Source: Candidatus Anderseniibacteriota bacterium (GTDB lineage Bacteria; Patescibacteriota; Andersenbacteria; UBA10190). Taken from it: DNA of 64,000 nt. The stretch spans positions 64,048 through 128,047 of the forward strand of contig JAIOOW010000003.1 of assembly GCA_021414205.1 (NCBI GenBank). Direction: 5' to 3'. The translations under genes and the position numbers were made by a program. Shown in pieces: positions 9,416 to 21,744 of this stretch. Each line of letters opens with the position of its first letter. The stretch's first letter is position 1. The notes beneath the pieces are model-generated. The model saw only the letters and a program-made list of their open reading frames with translations. It searched no databases and was not told the DNA's origin.

Positions 9416-10216
9416 CTAGGTATTCTGCAGGATCCTTCGAATTTGTGCAATACCAGTCGTTTTTCCGGTGGAGGGGTCGATATCGATGAGTACGGCATTT
9501 ATTTCCATTGCACCCGTTTCTGGGGGTTCCATTTTTGCGCGTAATTGTGTGAGGAATTGCTTGAGAGGGGCCTGTTTCCCCATGCCAATGATAGATTCGT
9601 ATGCGCCGTTCATCCCTGCATCGGTAATATATCCCGTTCCTTTTGGCAGTATCTGGGCGTCTGCTGTAGGGACGTGCGTGTGCGTGCCCCACATAGCAGA
9701 TATCTTTCCATCTGCGTGCCACCCCATCCCCCGTTTTTCGCTGGTGACTTCTGCATGAAAATCAAGAAGCTTAATTGCGCACCGCTTTACCTCGGGAATT
9801 TCAAGAATTTCATCTAATTTGTGGAAGGGATTGTCTGGCTGATTTTTGAAAAATACTTGGCCTTGCAGATTAATCACAGCAATTTCATATGCGCCAAGCT
9901 TTACGATTACATACCCTCGTCCTGGGGCGCCATCGGGGTAATTTGCGGGGCGAACAATGGGAATACGCGGATTGGTGAGTATGTCTACTCCTTGGCCGTT
10001 ATCCCACGCATGGTCGCCAGTTGTAAATGCAAGAACGTCCCAGCTGGTGAGTGCCTCATGCATCGTATCTGGGGAAATTCCTTTTCCATGTGCGATATTT
10101 TCTACGTTTACGATGACGGCATCAGGCGTAAATTCTTTGCGCAACTCCGGAAGCGCTTGTGAAATACCTTTTCTTCCAAGCGTTCCTACGACGTCTCCGA
10201 ATATTAAAAATTTCAT
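9416..10216 (-). CDS. ymdB: YmdB-family metallophosphoesterase
   Basis: GDVVG, NVEN, RPANYP, DFHAEVTSEK, GTHTHVPTAD. Confidence 0.93.
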   Translation of the reverse strand: MKFLIFGDVVGTLGRKGISQALPELRKEFTPDAVIVNVENIAHGKGISPDTMHEALTSWDVLAFTTGDHAWDNGQGVDILTNPRIPIVRPANYPDGAPGRGYVIVKLGAYEIAVINLQGQVFFKNQPDNPFHKLDEILEIPEVKRCAIKLLDFHAEVTSEKRGMGWHADGKISAMWGTHTHVPTADAQILPKGTGYITDAGMNGAYESIIGMGKQAPLKQFLTQLRAKMEPPETGAMEINAVLIDIDPSTGKTTGIAQIRRILQNT

Positions 10217-10225
10217 ATGTATTTG

Positions 10226-11230
10226 TTATGCTACGGCTTTTACGCGCCAGATGCCATCTTCTTGCACAATATGCCCCGTAATTTCAAATCCGGAAGCCAT
10301 TTTATGACCCCCTCCACCCAATCGTTTTGCTATCTTGCTTACATCTATTCCCTTTTGAGGTTCTGTTCGCAGGCTTCCTTTGATTTTTCCGGATTCGAAT
10401 TCTACTAACAGCATGGCGTATTTCGTCTGCGGGAGAGTATTGAGCATACTTACAACGCCCGATAAATCATCGAGTGTTGCGTTGCATTCCTGCAAGTCTT
10501 TGAGGGTTATTAATGAAATGCTGGCACCAGTTTTTTCGTTCACTAAAATGCGAGATAGTGCTCTTCCCCATATTTGCAGGCTTGGTAAGTCCTTCTTTTG
10601 GTATGTTTCGTGAGCGATATGCGATAATCGGGCGCCTTTTTTCATTAAGTACGATGCAATCTGGAGAATATCCGGAGTAACGCCGTCATGCATAAATGAT
10701 CCCGTGTCTGTAAAAATCCCCGTCAGCAAGCACGTGGCAATATCCTGTGTAATGGGAATATCTAATGCTAAAAAGAGGGGAAATAAGATATGCGCAGTGG
10801 CAGCCCCCTCGGCAACAATCAAATTAATAGCTGTTTGCTTGGGATTGTCATAGTGATGATCAATACTGATCACTCGGGGCCGTCCAAGCACTTCTTGTTC
10901 CAAGTGAGTTCTATAGAGCTGGGTGTAATCAAGTAAAATAACCGTATCGAAGTCGCTTATATTCGGCTTTGTTGTTGTAAGCGCATCAAACCCTGGTAAA
11001 AATTGGAAAAAATCAGGAGCTGGGTCCGGAATATATACTGTCGATTCTATTCCCTTTGATTTCAACGCAAAATGCACCGCAAGGCTGCTGCCTAGGGCGT
11101 CTCCATCTGGATGCTCGTGAGTACTAATAAGCACGCGAGAAGCCGTCTGCAGTGTTTCTGCGATCTGTTGGACGGTGTTGCTATGTGCTACTAGTAGATC
11201 ACTTGCTAGATTTTTCGTCGTTGATTTCAT
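10226..11230 (-). CDS. nrnA: DHH-family phosphoesterase (nanoRNase NrnA-like)
   Basis: HEHPDGDALGS, IDHH, TDTGSF, GGGGHKMASG; start uncertain, overlaps the rbfA 3' end. Confidence 0.9.
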   Translation of the reverse strand: MKSTTKNLASDLLVAHSNTVQQIAETLQTASRVLISTHEHPDGDALGSSLAVHFALKSKGIESTVYIPDPAPDFFQFLPGFDALTTTKPNISDFDTVILLDYTQLYRTHLEQEVLGRPRVISIDHHYDNPKQTAINLIVAEGAATAHILFPLFLALDIPITQDIATCLLTGIFTDTGSFMHDGVTPDILQIASYLMKKGARLSHIAHETYQKKDLPSLQIWGRALSRILVNEKTGASISLITLKDLQECNATLDDLSGVVSMLNTLPQTKYAMLLVEFESGKIKGSLRTEPQKGIDVSKIAKRLGGGGHKMASGFEITGHIVQEDGIWRVKAVA

Positions 11231-11552
11231 CCAGTTTCTTGTTAATAGTGTCTGCATAATCCAACCCCGTATCTTGGCGGAACGAAATTCTTGGAATCGG
11301 GTGTAAATGCATTGCGCGATTCATCTCTCCTTGAATATCGTACATTTGTTTTTTTAGCGCATCCAGCGTTTCTTGCGCGCGGCTTCCAGGATTGATGTAT
11401 AGATATATTCTCGAAAAGCGTAAATTGGGCGTCGTATCAACGCGCGAAATCGTTACGAGCACTCCCGATGGTATGTCTGCGCTCTCGGAAAGAATTTCTG
11501 AGACGGTGCGCAAAATGTGCTTATTCACTTTTAAGATTCGTTCGGATACCAT
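11199..11552 (-). CDS. rbfA: Ribosome-binding factor A
   Basis: VTISRVDTTPNL and IPRISFRQD; lies directly after infB. Confidence 0.88.
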   Translation of the reverse strand: MVSERILKVNKHILRTVSEILSESADIPSGVLVTISRVDTTPNLRFSRIYLYINPGSRAQETLDALKKQMYDIQGEMNRAMHLHPIPRISFRQDTGLDYADTINKKLDEINDEKSSK

Positions 11553-11565
11553 TTGTGTTCAGTTC

Positions 11566-13536
11566 CTATTTACTGACAACAGAGCCTTTTTTCACGCGAG
11601 TTTCTCGAAGGATCTCTAGCACGTCCCCTTCTTTCATCTTATCCCTGCTTTCAATGGTCATGCCGACTTGGTCGCCCAATTCTGCTTTTTGGAGCGGGCG
11701 CTTATCTTTTTGTAGCTCGACAATAACGCCAGTGCCGATGATTTCCGCAGCAGCATCTTTCTTTGTTTTGTCTTTTCGTTTGATAACGATTTTTGCATTT
11801 GCCTCCACGATTCCTTCCGCAACTTCTCCGCCGATAATTTTGCGCTTCGCCGTAGAGAAAAAGACTTTTAATACTTTGATGCGACCGATGTCCTCCGTAA
11901 CAATGTCCACCGGTAATCGCTGTTCGATTTCATTCCGTACATCTTCGGATAGCTGGTAAATAATCTTAAAAATACGAACAGGCACCTTTTCTTTATCTGC
12001 CAATTTTTGGCTCATGCCCGCTACTTGTACGTTGAATCCGTAAATAATGGCATTCCCCGCCCTGGCAGTTAACACGTCGGAGTCTGAAATAGCTCCTACT
12101 TCCGCCCGTACGATAGAAAGGCGTACTTCCTCAGGCACCATTGCCGTGATTGTCTGCTGAAGCGCCTCGAGGGACCCGTTAGAGTCTGCCTTAAGGACGA
12201 TTGCGAGCGTCTGGCGCGTGTCCCCATCGTCTGCTTTCGACATTTTCTTGAGCGGTGCTCGGCGTTGCCCTGCCTTTGAAACGGCTTCTCCCTGCTCCTC
12301 TACTACTTGGAGAATATCTCCTGCATGAGGAACGTCTTTTAATCCGATAATCGCAACAGGCATAGATGGCCCTGCTTTTTTAATCTGCTTTCCTTTGAAG
12401 TCCAGCATTTGGCGAACTTTTCCAATTGTTTTGCCGATAACTACATCGTCTCCGATTTGGAGTGTTCCTGTATGGATAATAATTGATGCAACGGGCCCCA
12501 CGCTCTTGTCGAGCTTGCTTTCAAGTACGGTGCCCAGAGCAGTTCGTGTTGGGTCTGCCTTTGGCTGCTCGATATCTGATGTAAGTAAAATCAACTCTAG
12601 TAACTCATCAATCCCCTGTTTTTTTAGTGCGGAAATGCCGATCATCACCGTCTTCCCTCCCCATTCTTCCGGAATCAAATCTAAGTCCCCTAGTTCTTTT
12701 TTCACTTTGTCGATGTTCGCTTCTGCGCGGTCGATCTTGTTAATTGCCACGATAATCGGCAAGCCTTCCTTTTTCGCATAGGCAACAGCGTCTTTTGTTT
12801 GAGGTTGCACTCCGTCGTCAGCAGCAACAACGAGCACTACAATGTCTGCGAGCGCAGCTCCGCGCTGGCGCATAAAATCGAACGTTTCGTGTCCGGGAGT
12901 ATCAATAAACGTAATAACTCGGCCGTTATGTTCTGTCTGGTAGCTGGAAATTGCCTGCGTAATACCACCCGCTTCCCCGCTTGCAACGTTTGCAGAGCGG
13001 ATCGTGTCGAGGAGAGTCGTTTTTCCGTGATCAACGTGTCCCATGATAGTCACAATAGGGGGGCGAGGCACCTGCTTTTCCGGTTCTTCTTTTTTCAGAA
13101 TCTCATTTAATTTTTCTACCGTAAGAACGTCTTTTTCCAGCTCTCCAACGCTTTCCGTTGTTTTGTAGCCGAGTTCCTGCGCAATAATTGCGGCAGTATC
13201 ATAATCCAAATCATCGTTAAGTGTTGCAAGGACTCCGTTTTTCAAGAGAGTTGCCAAAATATTTCCTACAGGAAGTTCCAATTTCTTTGATAAATCTTGT
13301 ACTCGGATAATAGATGGCAAATCGATCATCTTGCCTTTCAGCTGTGCTCGGCGTTCTTGTTCGTTCAAGTATCCGCGAATACGAGCAACTTCGGATTGGT
13401 CCAAATTCTTTTGCCCATCCGCTAGCCTGATTCCCACCTCTTTTAATAAAAACATTAATCGCCCCTCAGTAATTCTGAGTTCTTCGAGTACTTCAACAAT
13501 CTTTCGATTGTTTTTGGATGGGAATCGTCGTTTCAT
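11566..13536 (-). CDS. infB: Translation initiation factor IF-2
   Basis: [30 protein letters not shown]. Confidence 0.97.
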   Translation of the reverse strand: MKRRFPSKNNRKIVEVLEELRITEGRLMFLLKEVGIRLADGQKNLDQSEVARIRGYLNEQERRAQLKGKMIDLPSIIRVQDLSKKLELPVGNILATLLKNGVLATLNDDLDYDTAAIIAQELGYKTTESVGELEKDVLTVEKLNEILKKEEPEKQVPRPPIVTIMGHVDHGKTTLLDTIRSANVASGEAGGITQAISSYQTEHNGRVITFIDTPGHETFDFMRQRGAALADIVVLVVAADDGVQPQTKDAVAYAKKEGLPIIVAINKIDRAEANIDKVKKELGDLDLIPEEWGGKTVMIGISALKKQGIDELLELILLTSDIEQPKADPTRTALGTVLESKLDKSVGPVASIIIHTGTLQIGDDVVIGKTIGKVRQMLDFKGKQIKKAGPSMPVAIIGLKDVPHAGDILQVVEEQGEAVSKAGQRRAPLKKMSKADDGDTRQTLAIVLKADSNGSLEALQQTITAMVPEEVRLSIVRAEVGAISDSDVLTARAGNAIIYGFNVQVAGMSQKLADKEKVPVRIFKIIYQLSEDVRNEIEQRLPVDIVTEDIGRIKVLKVFFSTAKRKIIGGEVAEGIVEANAKIVIKRKDKTKKDAAAEIIGTGVIVELQKDKRPLQKAELGDQVGMTIESRDKMKEGDVLEILRETRVKKGSVVSK

Positions 13537-13585
13537 ATCAATGACTTACTATATCGGATATTCCCTTAAAAGTCCATTATTTGCC

Positions 13586-14116
13586 TTAGAAAGCCAGCTT
13601 TGTGTTCTTATGAGGAATGAGCGCAAGGATCACGGCTTGTTTATAGTATTCCATGCGTTCCAAAACGCCGTTTGTGAGCAATCCCGTAGCCCCGCTAGAA
13701 TGCTTGGAATTTTCACTGTCAAATACCTGGTCCATTGCGTGCCCCAGCTCAATTCCTGATTGAATCAGTGTTACAACTTCTTGTGGTAAGAAAAATACCC
13801 CTGCCTTTCCTTTTCCAACTACTCCTGTTCGAGAAATAACAACAATCCATGCAGACGCGGCCATCTTCCCATTAATTTCTTCGTTTCCGCCCTCTAATCC
13901 TACCGAATAATCTGCCGGAAGAGCCTCCATAGCGCGCTCTGCGCGATTTGTAGCACCTAACAGAGTATCTGCATCATTCATGGGCTGATCAGGGACGCCT
14001 GAGGCTACTGAAACGCCATGGATTTCAAATTGCTCATAAGGAAACATCGCCTCAAACCCCGCTTTCACGGCTGCGATCTTCGCTGGGTTTTCCGATCCGA
14101 CCGTAATTGTTTTCAT
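13586..14116 (-). CDS. yjjX: Inosine/xanthosine triphosphatase (YjjX family)
   Basis: GSENPAKIAAV, SGVPDQP, GLEGG, ELGHAMD. Confidence 0.9.
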   Translation of the reverse strand: MKTITVGSENPAKIAAVKAGFEAMFPYEQFEIHGVSVASGVPDQPMNDADTLLGATNRAERAMEALPADYSVGLEGGNEEINGKMAASAWIVVISRTGVVGKGKAGVFFLPQEVVTLIQSGIELGHAMDQVFDSENSKHSSGATGLLTNGVLERMEYYKQAVILALIPHKNTKLAF

Positions 14117-14760
14117 AATGGTTCTACTAAGCGCTTGGTATATCCTTGAGCGATAAGTTCAGTGTACGCGTGAAGTATTTCCTCAGGAAGCTCCACGGGA
14201 ACGCAGAATCCTTTTGCTGGGTATGTTTGCAAGCGCTGTATTTCTCCAACCATAGTATCGATAATATCGTGTCGCGGAATTTCTTGAGTGGTATAGCTTT
14301 CAAGAGCGATAGTTGGAGCAGTTACCGTCGCTGCTACTTCCGGCATATGTTTTTTTAGAGTCGCAAGAGCGCGAACTTGCAGATACGGTGTCGTTACGAC
14401 GATGAATGATAGGGGTAATAATCCCTTTTCTTGCAAAAGCGTTTTTGTGAATCGAATATTTTCTCCTGTATTGGTCGACTTATTTTCTATGAGTATTGCT
14501 TCTTTAGGCACCCCCATGTTTAGTGCTTCGTCTGCAAACATTTCTGCTTCCGGTTTATCGAATACGCCCTGTGTGAGCCTGCCTTCATTGCCCGCAAAAA
14601 TGATCAACGGCGCATATCCTTGTAAGAACAATTCGGCGCCTCGTTGAGCCACGCGCAGGTCATTGCTCCCGAGCACTAAAATACAGTCCGATTTCGTTAC
14701 TGGAGCCTGATTATTATTAAAATCCCATATCAGTTGCGCCAGTTCTTCTGTGGTTGCCAT
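14113..14760 (-). CDS. YdcF/DUF218 family protein
   Basis: DCILVLGS, EAEMF, ENKSTNTGEN. Confidence 0.88.
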   Translation of the reverse strand: MATTEELAQLIWDFNNNQAPVTKSDCILVLGSNDLRVAQRGAELFLQGYAPLIIFAGNEGRLTQGVFDKPEAEMFADEALNMGVPKEAILIENKSTNTGENIRFTKTLLQEKGLLPLSFIVVTTPYLQVRALATLKKHMPEVAATVTAPTIALESYTTQEIPRHDIIDTMVGEIQRLQTYPAKGFCVPVELPEEILHAYTELIAQGYTKRLVEPL

Positions 14761-14799
14761 GCTTTGATTATACACGCCCTTCCGCTAGTCTATAGAGAC

Positions 14800-14886
14800 G
14801 GAGAGGTGGCTGAGTGGCCGAAGGCGCTAGTTTCGAAAACTAGTGAGTGCGAAAGTGCTCCGTGGGTTCGAATCCCACCCTCTCCG
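14800..14886 (+). tRNA. tRNA-Ser(CGA)
   Basis: GGAGAGG acceptor stem, CTAGT-TT-CGA-AA-ACTAG anticodon arm, long variable arm. Confidence 0.95.
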
Positions 14887-14888
14887 CT

Positions 14889-15416
14889 ATGAAATATATT
14901 GCACTACTTCGAGGAATTAACGTTGGTGGAAATTCATTGGTAAAAATGGCGGATTTGAAGCGCGAGATGGAAGAATTAGGATGCGCGAATGTAAAAACGG
15001 TCATTGCTAGCGGAAATGTGATGTTTGATTCGAAGTTAGGCGAGAAGAGTATTACAAAGAAGCTGGAAACGGGCTTATCTGCTGCGTTTAACATGAATAT
15101 TAAAGTCGTGGTGCGAACGATGGCGGAAGTGAAGCAGGTAATCGCTCATGCGCCGAAGAATTGGGAAAAAGGAGATGATATTCGTAAATATGTCGCATTC
15201 GTTCGTCTCCCCGCTAAGCCGGAAGACGTGATTGCCGAAATAAAGCTTAGAGAAGGTATCGATTCCGTAGATTCTTGGGATGGTGTGGTGTACATGACGA
15301 CCAAATTATCCGGGATTACTAAAAGCGGCTTCTCAAAACTTGCCGGCAAGAAAATCTACAAAGAAATTACGATCCGAAACTATACGACGGTAAAGAAGTT
15401 GGTTGATATTGCCTAA
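14889..15416 (+). CDS. DUF1697 family protein
   Basis: MKYIALLRGINVGG, IASGNV, ITIRNY. Confidence 0.9.
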   Translation: MKYIALLRGINVGGNSLVKMADLKREMEELGCANVKTVIASGNVMFDSKLGEKSITKKLETGLSAAFNMNIKVVVRTMAEVKQVIAHAPKNWEKGDDIRKYVAFVRLPAKPEDVIAEIKLREGIDSVDSWDGVVYMTTKLSGITKSGFSKLAGKKIYKEITIRNYTTVKKLVDIA

Positions 15417-15484
15417 AACACCCCTTTGTGCTATGGTCGCAGTGGTTTTGAGTGCACATTTGGAAATATGGGAGGATGCAAATC

Positions 15485-16000
15485 ATGCGTACGAGCATAC
15501 TTTGCCTAGGCGGAACGTTTGATAAAGTGTACGGAAGAGGGGCTAATGTGAGGGATTTTTCATTTCCTCGAGTCTCCGCTGCCACAAGTATGGCTAATCG
15601 GTTTGGCCTGTTGAATGTGGATGTTGTTTACGATGCTGATTCGGCCAAGGATAGTATGGATATGACCGACGCCGACAGGGCAAGGGTCGCGGAATGGTGT
15701 AAGAATGTTGATACCAAGGCATGTGTCGTCGTCCATGGGACAGATACGATGATTGAGACGGCGGAGGTGGTTGCGAAGCAAAAGCTGAATAAGGCGATCG
15801 TCATCACCGGTGCCAGCCAACCAGCTGCGATGCGCGATACCGATGCGGAATTCAACCTGGGCGGTGCCATTATCGCTTCGCAGATTTCTATTCCGGGCGT
15901 GTACATCGTCATGAATGGGAATTGCTTTAAGTGGTATGCGTGTCAGAAAAACCCCGCAACAGGATGGTTTGAAGCAAAAGGAACGCCAGATTCGGCCTAG
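15485..16000 (+). CDS. Short L-asparaginase-like protein (N-terminal domain only)
   Basis: GGTFDK, KDSMDM, HGTDTM, ITGA, DAEFNLG. Confidence 0.85.
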   Translation: MRTSILCLGGTFDKVYGRGANVRDFSFPRVSAATSMANRFGLLNVDVVYDADSAKDSMDMTDADRARVAEWCKNVDTKACVVVHGTDTMIETAEVVAKQKLNKAIVITGASQPAAMRDTDAEFNLGGAIIASQISIPGVYIVMNGNCFKWYACQKNPATGWFEAKGTPDSA

Positions 16001-16013
16001 ATATTGTAGTTTC

Positions 16014-16045
16014 ATCGCTCACGAGCATTCGTTGAGCGATTTTTA
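16014..16045 (+). terminator. Putative intrinsic terminator
   Basis: ATCGCTCA...TGAGCGAT followed by TTTT. Confidence 0.5.
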
Positions 16046-16138
16046 TATTGACAAATAGGCATAATACGGCTATATTTTACGGTTCTGAATGTTCTGACTG
16101 CTTTTTCAAACCCATACGTAGAAACGGAGGAGATTCCA

Positions 16139-16558
16139 ATGCCAGGAAAAATGTTTAATTGCCCGAAATGCAAAAAGGAAATATCGGTAAGTGCTGATAC
16201 CTGTAAGTATTGTGGAGAGACTTGGTTCTTTAAAGACGTGGTTGATGTCGATGATCCAATCGTAAAATGTGGATATTGTAATGGGTCTGGTAAGCAATAT
16301 GTTAGTGGCCATGAATATCACAAAACTGAAAATTGTAATTATTGTAAAGGCACTAGCACTAGAGAGCAGTTAACCAGGGTAAATCTGAAAACTGGCGAAA
16401 AAACAGGGTGGAAGTCAGCGGGAGATTCTTGCCCTCGACCTGCATCATGGGGTCCTCCGCCTGAAATATATATAAGCCCTTCTTCTTCCGGCTGTCTCGT
16501 GATTATTGGTGCATTTCTCACTCTCGCCTCCGCGCTTCTGATCGCAGTTCTGATCTGA
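16139..16558 (+). CDS. Zinc-ribbon/DnaJ-type Zn-finger protein with C-terminal TM anchor
   Basis: CPKC..CKYCG and CGYCNGSG..CNYCKG; SD GGAGGA; TTGACA-17-TATATT promoter at 16048. Confidence 0.75.
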   Translation: MPGKMFNCPKCKKEISVSADTCKYCGETWFFKDVVDVDDPIVKCGYCNGSGKQYVSGHEYHKTENCNYCKGTSTREQLTRVNLKTGEKTGWKSAGDSCPRPASWGPPPEIYISPSSSGCLVIIGAFLTLASALLIAVLI

Positions 16559-16594
16559 CGCCGAGGAATGCTCATTAAAACGACGAACTTTCGA

Positions 16595-16677
16595 CCGCAT
16601 ATGTGTTTTGTCACGATGCGGTTTTTTTATTTCCAAATTTTACGTAATAAAAAATCCCCTTATCGGGGATCTTTATT
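16595..16677. terminator. Convergent terminators between the Zn-finger gene and 5S rRNA
   Basis: ACCGCAT...ATGCGGT plus T-tract; AAAAAATCCCC-TTATC-GGGGAT hairpin. Confidence 0.55.
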
Positions 16678-16701
16678 GTGGATTGTATTCGGTTCAACGT
16701 A

Positions 16702-16817
16702 CGCGGCATCGGTCTACTCTTGCGAGAGTATTAATTCTCACTACCATCGACGCTGAAGAGCTTAACTGCTGTGTTCGGAATGGGAACAGGTGTTTCCCCT
16801 TCGCTTGAGACACCGCG
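16702..16817 (-). rRNA. rrf: 5S rRNA
   Basis: Minus strand contains CACCTGTTCCCATTCCGAACACAGCAGTTAAG and GATGGTAGTG; flanking stem 16686-16833. Confidence 0.93.
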
Positions 16818-16835
16818 AACGCTGAACCGAATAGG

Positions 16836-16854
16836 TTCAAATTAGTATCATTGC
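16836..16854 (-). repeat. 3' arm of 23S processing stem (perfect 19-bp inverted repeat with 20237-20255)
   Basis: TTCAAATTAGTATCATTGC is the reverse complement of GCAATGATACTAATTTGAA at 20237-20255. Confidence 0.8.
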
Positions 16855-17036
16855 TTGTTTTTCACCAAATAATAGAACGACCGTACATAGAGGGAAATAA
16901 TAATGCATTACTAGCCCTATGCTTTGCGTCTACATTCTGTGACATTGCCTTCCCTTTTACTAGACATAATAACTTATGTTTTGTTTGCGAGGAGCATGAA
17001 TCGTTATAACTCACGAGAAGTGAGATAAGCACGTAT

Positions 17037-20099
<3,063 letters not shown>

Positions 20100-20393
20100 C
20101 ACATGCACATATCTCACCTCTTGTCACAGTTTGGATTCGCATTGCTTAGAGCTAGTAATACATAATTACTTTCGCTCTATATTGTGATCGTTCGTATTAT
20201 TGGTTACTTCCGAAAAGATATCGATCTAATCGGGTTGCAATGATACTAATTTGAATTGTGAATGATCTGGCGTTTCAGAATATTATTGCAATCAACCCAC
20301 AGACAAAAAATACGTAATTCAGATATTTCTCATTCTCTGGATTGATTTTTGTCTAGAGGAACCGGAAAGATCGGGTTCGTAGATGATTTATGT

Positions 20394-20421
20394 AGTATAT
20401 GTGGATAAAAAACCCTGTCAA
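20394..20421 (-). promoter_or_regulatory. 23S rRNA promoter TTGACA-N16-TATACT containing a perfect DnaA box
   Basis: -35 at 20421-20416, -10 at 20399-20394, TTATCCACA at 20408-20400. Confidence 0.75.
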
Positions 20422-20442
20422 GGGGTGTTTGGGGAGAAATAA

Positions 20443-20478
20443 GCAAAAGACGGCCCACCTGGAGGTACCGTCTTGTTG
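20443..20478 (-). terminator. Terminator after the 20532-21242 gene
   Basis: AAGACGG...CCGTCTTTT hairpin on the minus strand. Confidence 0.55.
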
Positions 20479-20531
20479 CGTCTCTTGTAGACATGTGCTT
20501 TTGTGTTCCGCCAGGGGCGGAATCTCATGTC

Positions 20532-21242
20532 TTATAATCTCTTTCTGCCTGCAATATCGTGCTCTGCCTTTGCGAGCCACTTTGCTGCGAGGTCTTTACC
20601 TCCCAACCCGAATGCAAGGCCTCCTGCGATGGCTACCATCGCGAAGAATGCGGTAAGGATTGTTTGGATAAGCTGACTAGCTATCTGAAGTTGCAATAAT
20701 GCTGCAAAGAGGGCAAACACGAGGATTGACCACTTGCTGATTGCTGCAATTGCTCCACCACTGGTGAAGCCAGCAGCTTCAACTGCTGCGAGAACTGTAC
20801 GATATACAAAGTTCGCAAGAACTACGGAAATCACGAGGATTAGCGCAGCAATTACTACGTTTGGAATGTAATACAGAACTGATGTTAAGAATTCAGATAC
20901 CTGCACTAAACCGAGGATATCGGTTGCTGCAAGAAGCGAAACAATGATGAGGAACCACTTAAAGATTTCTCCAACAAGGTGCGCAATATCTAATCTTAAC
21001 CCTGCTTGTTCTACAGCTCGCTTTAATCCGCGCAATGACTCAAAGGCGGCATTAATTCGAACTAATACAAGTAATTTTTCGATCAATCGGCCTACTGCTA
21101 CTGCAATTGCCCATCCAACGAGGAATACGACGATAGCTGCGATCACGCTTGGAACGAAGCTGATAAATTGTACCCACAGGTCAGCAAGGGAATTTGTAAC
21201 GGCACCAGTCCAGACTGATAAGAAAGAATTGTACGTTGCCAT
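20532..21242 (-). CDS. Conserved TM-helix-repeat protein (CmpX/MscS-associated)
   Basis: Two repeats 'FVPSVIAAIVVFLVGW' and 'YIPNVVIAALIL'; AFGLGGKDLA; SD AGGAGGTG. Confidence 0.88.
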   Translation of the reverse strand: MATYNSFLSVWTGAVTNSLADLWVQFISFVPSVIAAIVVFLVGWAIAVAVGRLIEKLLVLVRINAAFESLRGLKRAVEQAGLRLDIAHLVGEIFKWFLIIVSLLAATDILGLVQVSEFLTSVLYYIPNVVIAALILVISVVLANFVYRTVLAAVEAAGFTSGGAIAAISKWSILVFALFAALLQLQIASQLIQTILTAFFAMVAIAGGLAFGLGGKDLAAKWLAKAEHDIAGRKRL

Positions 21243-21354
21243 ATGTTCGACACCTCCTTTCTATTGGGGATTATGAAGGATAATCTGTATTGAGCGTATC
21301 GTTCTGACGAATATAAGTCAAAGGGCTGTTTGTGTAATTTGTCAGTGGCTTGTG

Positions 21355-21427
21355 TGGACCCCAGCGGATTCGAACCGCTCACCTCCTCGGTGCAAGCGAG
21401 GCGCTCTACCAAATGAGCTAGGGGCCC
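21355..21427 (-). tRNA. tRNA-Ala(TGC)
   Basis: G3-U70 pair, anticodon loop CT-TGC-AC. Confidence 0.95.
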
Positions 21428-21474
21428 TTTTATCTATGCATAGTATTAAAGCGGTTTATATCCCGCTTTGCAAG

Positions 21475-21726
21475 TTATTTCTGCCCGTTTGGCAAGAATT
21501 GGCCGATTGTAAGGTAGAAGAATGCTTGGAAGATGCCGAACGCAACGAGGAATCCGAGGAACAATAAAATAACTCCTGCTAGCTTCCAGTGTTCGAGGCT
21601 CGATCCTTTTAGCCCAAACATTGCGCCTATATCTCCCCAGTTCTCATCCCACCACGCTGTCTTCCAGACCATGGAAAATCCGGCTGCCATCATGATTGCT
21701 CCGAGAAAGAAAAGTAGGAAACTCAT
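21475..21726 (-). CDS. Small 2-TM membrane protein
   Basis: 83 aa, two hydrophobic helices, TACAAT 6 nt before ATG. Confidence 0.7.
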   Translation of the reverse strand: MSFLLFFLGAIMMAAGFSMVWKTAWWDENWGDIGAMFGLKGSSLEHWKLAGVILLFLGFLVAFGIFQAFFYLTIGQFLPNGQK

Positions 21727-21744
21727 ACGAATATTGTATCACAA

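Noticed and set aside
11199-11201. UGA-to-Gly recoding (genetic code 25)
   Set aside because: rbfA, trmD, smc and others end at TGA at their expected C-termini, and conserved genes are uninterrupted under code 11
20100-20530. Replication origin at the DnaA box
   Set aside because: There is only one box, no dnaA/dnaN nearby, and the region is explained as the 23S leader
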